A DNA stretch of 64,000 nt from a virus: the IMG/VR virus record IMGVR_UViG_3300043772_001024, positions 32,001-96,000 of that record. One strand, written 5' to 3'. Positions 58,505 through 64,000 of the stretch are shown here, piece by piece. The position numbers and the translations under genes are program-made. The notes beneath the pieces were generated by a model, which did no database searches, was not told the DNA's origin, and saw only the letters and a list, made by a program, of their open reading frames with translations. Position 1 is the stretch's first letter. The number at the start of each line of letters is the position of its first letter.

Positions 58505-59841
58505 AATAATATATTTCCTTGATTATCTTGTGTATTTATTAAGCCTTGTGTAATGTTAGCATTTACTGGTGTAGTTGCTGTTCTAAATGAAGTATTAGCA
58601 TATTTAACTGTAGCAGCAGCAGTTGAATTAATACAATTTGCAGATGTACTAGCTACATCAATAAGACAATTAGCTATTTCATTTAATGTTGCACCACTCA
58701 TTCTAACAGCATGACCTCCTGCATTACTCCAACCCGAAACTATGGTGCAATTTAATAATGAAATTGCTCCTGCGTTTGATACAATTGCTCCTGCTGAATA
58801 TAAGAAACAATTATAAAATTTATATCTTCCATCACCATAATTAAAGTGAAGTGCTATTGCATTTCCCGATGTAGAATATGCTTGGCAATTTTGAGCAATT
58901 GTGCTATAAAAACAAGTTCCCGAAACTGACCTTGCAATACAATTATAAATAGTTTGTGAGCCTAAAAGTTGCCCATCAAAACAAGCACCCGTATTAGTAG
59001 TTACTTGACAATTATAAGCACCATTAACAGCTTGAACTCCAATACCACTTGTTAAACAATTTATAACACATTCATAAATTGTGCTACTACTTCCTGATAT
59101 CCCCGTACCACTTTGAGTAATAATAATAGATTGTCTTGCAATTCCTGATGAAAATCCACCCGAAGTACCCGTACATTCAATATAGCAATTATTAATTGTA
59201 CTACCTGTATTACCACCAGCAATAGCAGTACCTCCACCATTTGTAATACAAGTTAAGTTGTTTGCTATAAAAGCATGTAAAGCATCACCTGACATAATAG
59301 GTGAATTTCCTGATGTAACAGTATATCTTACAACACAACCACTAAAATCAATTCTTGAAGAAATATATGCAGATGTACCAATGAATGCAAAAATTTGATT
59401 ACCTGCTGATGCTGTATTTGTTCTTGTAATGTTTATATTATAAAATGCAAATGTTCCTCCTACTGTTGAGTTATAAGAAAACATTACTCCAGAGTTGTTA
59501 GTATATGTATATGTATGACCATTACCATTTATAATAACTTCACTTTTCATAGCAATAGTAACATTTGCTGTTTCAGTAACGTCTGCAAATAATTCAATAG
59601 TCTGACCTGCAGTTGCAGCAGCCATTGCTAAAGTTAATGTAGCATAGTAAGTATAAACTCCACTAGCATTTGAAATACCCCAAACACCAGAAGATCCTGT
59701 TACATTCACAGTAACATTATTACCAGAAGTTGTAGCTGTTACACCTGTTCCTGTAAAGTCAATTTGAGCTACATCAGATGTAAGTGTAGAACCTTCATCT
59801 AATATTTTAATTGATTTTCCTATATTAATCCCTGTACTCAT
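58501..59841 (-). CDS. Putative right-handed beta-helix spike (pectin-lyase-like)
   Basis: YATLTLAMAAATAGQTIEL cap, INGNGHT, repeated xYNC/xxNC rungs. Confidence 0.7.
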   Translation of the reverse strand: MSTGINIGKSIKILDEGSTLTSDVAQIDFTGTGVTATTSGNNVTVNVTGSSGVWGISNASGVYTYYATLTLAMAAATAGQTIELFADVTETANVTIAMKSEVIINGNGHTYTYTNNSGVMFSYNSTVGGTFAFYNINITRTNTASAGNQIFAFIGTSAYISSRIDFSGCVVRYTVTSGNSPIMSGDALHAFIANNLTCITNGGGTAIAGGNTGSTINNCYIECTGTSGGFSSGIARQSIIITQSGTGISGSSSTIYECVINCLTSGIGVQAVNGAYNCQVTTNTGACFDGQLLGSQTIYNCIARSVSGTCFYSTIAQNCQAYSTSGNAIALHFNYGDGRYKFYNCFLYSAGAIVSNAGAISLLNCTIVSGWSNAGGHAVRMSGATLNEIANCLIDVASTSANCINSTAAATVKYANTSFRTATTPVNANITQGLINTQDNQGNILL

Positions 59842-59843
59842 TT

Positions 59844-60398
59844 TTAATATGTTTTATTTAATATGCAAATATCGCTATAAATACTATTACCTAAATTAGC
59901 AGCCCCCCATTGAACTGTAATATCTAAAGTATTAGCTATTGTTGTATCAAAGGTTGTGCTATTAACATCATTAAAAGCAAATCCTTCCGTAACACCATTT
60001 GATGTCTTAGTATAATGAAATGTACCTAATGTAACTATAGATGCTACACCTGACCCTCCTAATGCTCTTACAGTGAAATCTACATTCAAAGAGAATACAT
60101 TGTTTGTAATATTAGTTATTGCCTTAGCACCACTGTCAGCTAATATAGAAGTACCATCCTTTACTTTTACTCTTATGGTTTGGTTATTAGCTACATTTAG
60201 TACGCCAGCTATTATAGCTCTAAAGCTATCACCTACTTTAAAGAAGTTAGCAGGTACAGATAAACTACCTACACCACCATTTATTAATGATGTCTCTACA
60301 GCTGTATTAGTAATAGGAGTACTGTTTGCTGTTTGAGCAAATAACCCTCCTGTAATAGTATAAGGATTAGCAGATAATATATTTATCTGTGTACTCAT
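59844..60398 (-). CDS. Putative fibre/decoration beta-sandwich protein (184 aa)
   Basis: Beta-rich, DTTIANTLDITVQW; N-terminus MSTQINI resembles MSTGINI of the neighbour. Confidence 0.55.
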   Translation of the reverse strand: MSTQINILSANPYTITGGLFAQTANSTPITNTAVETSLINGGVGSLSVPANFFKVGDSFRAIIAGVLNVANNQTIRVKVKDGTSILADSGAKAITNITNNVFSLNVDFTVRALGGSGVASIVTLGTFHYTKTSNGVTEGFAFNDVNSTTFDTTIANTLDITVQWGAANLGNSIYSDICILNKTY

Positions 60399-60649
60399 GC
60401 TTCAAAAGGTGGTGGTGTTGGCTTCGGTTCGTATGGTATTAAGTCAAGGTCTTTTACCCAAAGATAATCAGGGTTTACACACTGCTTCATTTCTTCAACT
60501 GATATTACCCAGTTGTCATTCAAGTCCTGAATAGGATTAAAATAAGAGTCAGGTGCATACCATTGTCCTAATAATTCGTCTTTTTGTAGCTCAGTTAATA
60601 AACCTACATAGGTCAACTTTTGTTCTGCTGTTAGTTGTGTTAGTTTCAT
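60395..60649 (-). CDS. Small protein partnered with the duplicated-domain gene (84 aa)
   Basis: Translationally coupled to the 522-aa gene; same CpG-rich composition. Confidence 0.6.
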   Translation of the reverse strand: MKLTQLTAEQKLTYVGLLTELQKDELLGQWYAPDSYFNPIQDLNDNWVISVEEMKQCVNPDYLWVKDLDLIPYEPKPTPPPFEA

Positions 60650-62214
60650 ATATTTCTATTTAATGCTGTTTGGAATGTTGTTACGCGAGAATTTAGGTTG
60701 GTTGCATCAGTATCAGTTAAACCGTCACCTATTGAGGCAAAAGCGTAATTTCTTTGTGTATAGTATTGGGCTGTTCCAGTAACATTTAACGCTCCTAAAA
60801 ACATATTTAAATCGCCTCTTGCTCCATTTGCCCCTGTATAAGTGCTTCCTAATTGAGTATTATTTTTAAATAATTTTAAAACACTTGCACTTGTCCTTGT
60901 ACCAACATAAAACCCAGTTGAATTTGTGTTTCCAGTTAATACTCCTGAGCCTCCATTAATATAAGCATAAGCATTATTTGAAAATCTTGCATATAAACCA
61001 GTTACAGCTGACGCATTTAAACCTCCAAAATCCAAACCTCCTAAATCATTATTTGTTCTTGAATACAATGATAAATGCATTGAATCATTTGTGCTAAATG
61101 CTGTATTTGGATTTAATCCCGTATTTGCATATCCATTAACACCACTTGTGTAACCGTTGGAATTCCATGTTCCTCCACCACTAAATGATAATTGATATTG
61201 AGCTGTGTTTTTAAGGTTGTAAGAATTACTACTTGAAGACGAACCTACAAAAGGATAAACCGCTTTCATCTTAGTCCACAATCCATCAGCTTTCATTCCT
61301 ATTACAAGGTTGTTTATTGCATTAGCTTCTACTTGGTCTTGTATATCAGCATTTGTTACAAAAGCCTGTGCATCTGCATCACTTACTGTTTGAGTTCCTA
61401 TTGAGCGTCCTAAAGTTGTTTGAAATGCTTGTACGGCTGTGTAAAAGTTAGCTGCTTCGGTATCTGTTAAGCCGTCACCTATTGAAGCGAAGGCTGTTTC
61501 TTTAGCTGAATATAAATCAATTGCAACATTACGCCTAAATAAATTAAGAATATAAGTACTACCTCCTGTATAGGTATTATTTACAGAACTTGTACCTATT
61601 GTAATTCCATTTCTATAAGTTTCAAAATCATTATTGGCTCTACGTGAATTTAAAATTAAACCTCTTGCATTTACTGTTGAAGTTGTTACTCTTCCAGCTA
61701 TATTACTTCCTTGGTTGTTTAAATATTCATTCCCATTTCTTACTATAAAAACTTCATTTGTTCCAGCATTATCTCCGCTACCAAACTCGCAAGCTAAAGT
61801 AGTTGAGTTAGTTCTTATGTAAGTAGATATATGAGAATTTAAAACTGTTGTTGCATTAAAAGAAAAATAAGTATTACCCCATCCATTAATTCCACCAGGC
61901 AAAACTCCAGTACTTGAATGAGTTACACCGCCGTTCCAAAATATTCTAAACGCTGCATCCAAATCGCGTGGGTCTTTTAAGTTAAACTTATGACTTGTTG
62001 CCGTCCCACCAACAAATGGATACAAGGCTGAAAATTTTGACCATATAGAATACCCTTTCAAGTCAACTACCAAAGTATTGATAGCCGCTTGTTGTGTAGG
62101 GTCTGTTATTGCAGCCGCTGTAATGAATGCTTGTGCATCTGGGTCAACGGGAGGCACAGGCGGCACTAATGAAGCCAAATAAATACCAGTATTTCCACCT
62201 AAGATAACAGGCAT
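60646..62214 (-). CDS. Two-domain tandem-duplicated virion protein (ConA/LamG-like beta sandwiches suspected)
   Basis: Two ~250-aa copies: DxDAQAF..AINxLV..W.K..A.YPFVG ... AFASIGDGLTDT.A......FQT.L.R. Confidence 0.65.
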   Translation of the reverse strand: MPVILGGNTGIYLASLVPPVPPVDPDAQAFITAAAITDPTQQAAINTLVVDLKGYSIWSKFSALYPFVGGTATSHKFNLKDPRDLDAAFRIFWNGGVTHSSTGVLPGGINGWGNTYFSFNATTVLNSHISTYIRTNSTTLACEFGSGDNAGTNEVFIVRNGNEYLNNQGSNIAGRVTTSTVNARGLILNSRRANNDFETYRNGITIGTSSVNNTYTGGSTYILNLFRRNVAIDLYSAKETAFASIGDGLTDTEAANFYTAVQAFQTTLGRSIGTQTVSDADAQAFVTNADIQDQVEANAINNLVIGMKADGLWTKMKAVYPFVGSSSSSNSYNLKNTAQYQLSFSGGGTWNSNGYTSGVNGYANTGLNPNTAFSTNDSMHLSLYSRTNNDLGGLDFGGLNASAVTGLYARFSNNAYAYINGGSGVLTGNTNSTGFYVGTRTSASVLKLFKNNTQLGSTYTGANGARGDLNMFLGALNVTGTAQYYTQRNYAFASIGDGLTDTDATNLNSRVTTFQTALNRNI

Positions 62215-62216
62215 AA

Positions 62217-63008
62217 TTACGCTACATAAATGATTATAAACTCAGTTCCTGTTGCATCATAAGCAAAGGAAGTAAAATAGTTATTAATTGCATCAGCAGA
62301 GAAGTTTAATACTTCTCCTGGTTTGATAGTAGTTAATGAAGCTAACACAGTTCCATTACCAGCACCTACGTTAGCAACAGATACAGAATAAAAAGTAGCA
62401 GCAACAGAACTAACATTTCCTGATGTATTAGAAGGTCTCAACATTCCTGGTGTTCTAGCTAAACCAGTTCCACCATCTACAGTAATACTATTACCTCCAT
62501 CATTAATAGCTACAGCACCATTAGCATTTACAGCTACAGGTGAGTAATCACCATTAGCAGATGTCATAATTGCATTAGCATCATTTCTAACACCTAGTAC
62601 AAATGATCCTGTGTTACCAGATACATGGGCTGTATCTTCAGCAAATGTTGCAGGCATAGTTAATACATCCACCTGTAACTCACCATTAGCATCTACTTTG
62701 ATACCTGTAAATGTTGCTGGGTTAGCTGGATTTGTATAACCATAAATTCCTACTGAATCATTATCAGGATCTAGATTAACTTCTAATGTTACTCCACCTG
62801 CTATATTTACATTAAGAGCATCATCCCCGGCTATATTTGTAAAAGTAAATGCATCTATATTGTCATTACATATAGTTACTGAATCTTCTACACAAGTTAG
62901 TGGTTGAGCTACCTCATCTAAAATTGCTTGAAGTCCTTGAAGTACTCTCCACTGATATGGTAGGTTATTACCTTGGTTTCCACTATCTTTTAAATTTCCT
63001 ATTGACAT
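62217..63008 (-). CDS. Putative head/tail fibre protein (263 aa)
   Basis: AEDTAHVSG..G...LGVRND..GDYSP and NDGGNSITVDG fibre-type motifs. Confidence 0.55.
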   Translation of the reverse strand: MSIGNLKDSGNQGNNLPYQWRVLQGLQAILDEVAQPLTCVEDSVTICNDNIDAFTFTNIAGDDALNVNIAGGVTLEVNLDPDNDSVGIYGYTNPANPATFTGIKVDANGELQVDVLTMPATFAEDTAHVSGNTGSFVLGVRNDANAIMTSANGDYSPVAVNANGAVAINDGGNSITVDGGTGLARTPGMLRPSNTSGNVSSVAATFYSVSVANVGAGNGTVLASLTTIKPGEVLNFSADAINNYFTSFAYDATGTEFIIIYVA

Positions 63009-63059
63009 AGTGTTATGTTTTAAATAACTGAGGTATTTCTACCTCAGTAAATTGATAAT

Positions 63060-63536
63060 TTATGCAAGAATCAAAAAGTGAATTTTAACTACATTGTTTA
63101 GTGCTGCAGCTGAACCATTTGGATTTGATAATACAATTTTAAATGAACCTGTTGCAATATCTGAAACACTTGCTACAGGAAACCCTGTTGCAGCCTCATC
63201 ATATTGTACAGAAACTAAAATTCTTGATCCTGCAACAACATTAGTGTTGTTTACAGTAAAGAATGTTTTAGCATTTGCAGCTAATGTAGATGACACAGTA
63301 GTTACAACACCATTTAATGTGTTTGTAGTTACCGGTGTTGTAATACTAGTACCCTGAGTTACAGTGCCTGTATTATATAATGTCTGCAATGGAGCAGCAT
63401 TTACAGCTAATGGTAGCCACTTATCATCGCGAGATTGGTCTTGTGCACCTACTGCAATTAGAGTGTTAACATCTGTTGGGATTGTGGTTCTGTAATTACC
63501 AGCCTTGATCCAAGAAATAAGATTTAAGATATCCAT
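63060..63536 (-). CDS. Putative head fibre/decoration protein (158 aa)
   Basis: TVTQGTSITTPVT..NGVVTT...FTVNNTNV...ILVS beta domain; own promoter. Confidence 0.55.
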   Translation of the reverse strand: MDILNLISWIKAGNYRTTIPTDVNTLIAVGAQDQSRDDKWLPLAVNAAPLQTLYNTGTVTQGTSITTPVTTNTLNGVVTTVSSTLAANAKTFFTVNNTNVVAGSRILVSVQYDEAATGFPVASVSDIATGSFKIVLSNPNGSAAALNNVVKIHFLILA

Positions 63537-63564
63537 GATTATAAAGTTTTAATAAATATACACT

Positions 63565-63595
63565 ATAATATACAAAAAATTTTTGATATAAAAAA
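63565..63595 (-). promoter_or_regulatory. Putative late promoter (TTTTTTGTATATTAT) for fibre cassette
   Basis: About 45 bp nearly identical to the 37301 site; directly after a terminator. Confidence 0.6.
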
Positions 63596-63620
63596 ATCCC
63601 CAGCTAAAAAACTGAGGATC
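63590..63620 (-). terminator. Intrinsic terminator
   Basis: Minus strand ATCCTCAG...CTGGGGAT stem followed by a T tract. Confidence 0.7.
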
Positions 63621-63643
63621 TTTCTGTTTGGAGAGTATATAGG

Positions 63644-63841
63644 TTAAAACATCAAGCCCATAAAGAATGCTATAAAAAGCATTGCTATTAAAGTTATATT
63701 AGCATATTTCTTTCCTTCTGGATCTTCTTCCCAGACATTGTGCATCTTATTATATAGGGGTTTACTCATAGCATTGTTTACTAAAAACAAGAACCCTAAT
63801 ACTATTACACCAAATATAAACATGATTCCTTTTATAATCAT
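63644..63841 (-). CDS. Small two-TM membrane protein (65 aa)
   Basis: Two hydrophobic helices; ATGA overlap with the upstream gene. Confidence 0.65.
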   Translation of the reverse strand: MIIKGIMFIFGVIVLGFLFLVNNAMSKPLYNKMHNVWEEDPEGKKYANITLIAMLFIAFFMGLMF

Positions 63842-63999
63842 AGTGAGTCAATTCTTTTTTGTAAATATACTAAAGCTTTTTCTAAATCTTCTTTTTCTGT
63901 AGAAATATTTTTCTTACCAGCCCGGGCAACATACTTAATTACATTACCCAAGTAGAAGTCTCTGTCTAGTCCCCAGGCATCTAGCACTTGAAATACTTC
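63838..63999 (-). CDS. DUF3310 family protein (T7 gp1.7 nucleotide kinase-like), 5'-truncated
   Basis: Manual translation EVFQVLDAWGLDRDFYLGNVIKYVARAGKK..EKEDLEKALVYLQKRIDSL*. Confidence 0.85.
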   Translation of the reverse strand, partial: EVFQVLDAWGLDRDFYLGNVIKYVARAGKKNISTEKEDLEKALVYLQKRIDSL

Positions 64000-64000
64000 A

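Noticed and set aside
2006-63357. Numerous + strand ORFs in the track (e.g. 39199-39915, 44988-45434, 18641-19078)
   Set aside because: They are antisense shadows of long minus-strand genes, with Leu/Ser/Phe-rich composition and no motifs
56155-63536. Diversity-generating retroelement or invertible cassette in the fibre region
   Set aside because: No reverse transcriptase or recombinase, no TR/VR pair differing only at adenines, and all genes are co-oriented
63862-63875. TTTAGTATATTTA promoter-like motif
   Set aside because: It lies inside the DUF3310 coding sequence (LVYL codons) and cannot be distinguished from chance
1-64000. tRNA, rRNA or integrase genes
   Set aside because: Intergenic gaps are short and accounted for by promoters and terminators; no cloverleaf or recombinase motifs were seen

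Overview
This window is the virion-morphogenesis half of a crAss-like (Crassvirales-type) podophage genome. It is AT-rich, uses the standard genetic code, and essentially all genes lie on the minus strand. The host is probably Bacteroidota, judged from TAnnTT(T/A)-type promoters and the lack of Shine-Dalgarno sites. In transcription order (right to left): a partial DUF3310 gene; a mosaic fibre/spike cassette (56.2-63.5 kb); a lysis cassette (holin-like genes plus a PG-binding amidase); small DNA-binding/nuclease genes; TerL, portal, scaffold-like protein and major capsid protein; a cluster of eight small Lys-rich proteins; a ring protein, Dps-like protein and auxiliary capsid protein; very Cys-rich tail-hub/fibre genes; an IHF-like protein, two ring proteins and the muzzle; then six putative ejected cargo proteins. 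The last cargo gene (>1745 aa, zincin motif, probable virion RNA polymerase polyprotein) runs off the left edge. The most striking unexplained signal is a set of short linear motifs ([YFM]xxGG, KAxxG, a CPxG...C hairpin, a GYxVE module) shared by otherwise unrelated cargo and small basic proteins, suggesting a capsid-loading or processing tag system. Also notable: an AAACCAACA leader motif with an antisense copy in a 3'-UTR hairpin, a repeated late-promoter motif, extreme CpG depletion with CpG-rich imported fibre genes, and a PD-(D/E)xK nuclease inside a cargo protein. All family assignments come from motif recognition and synteny; no database search was run.
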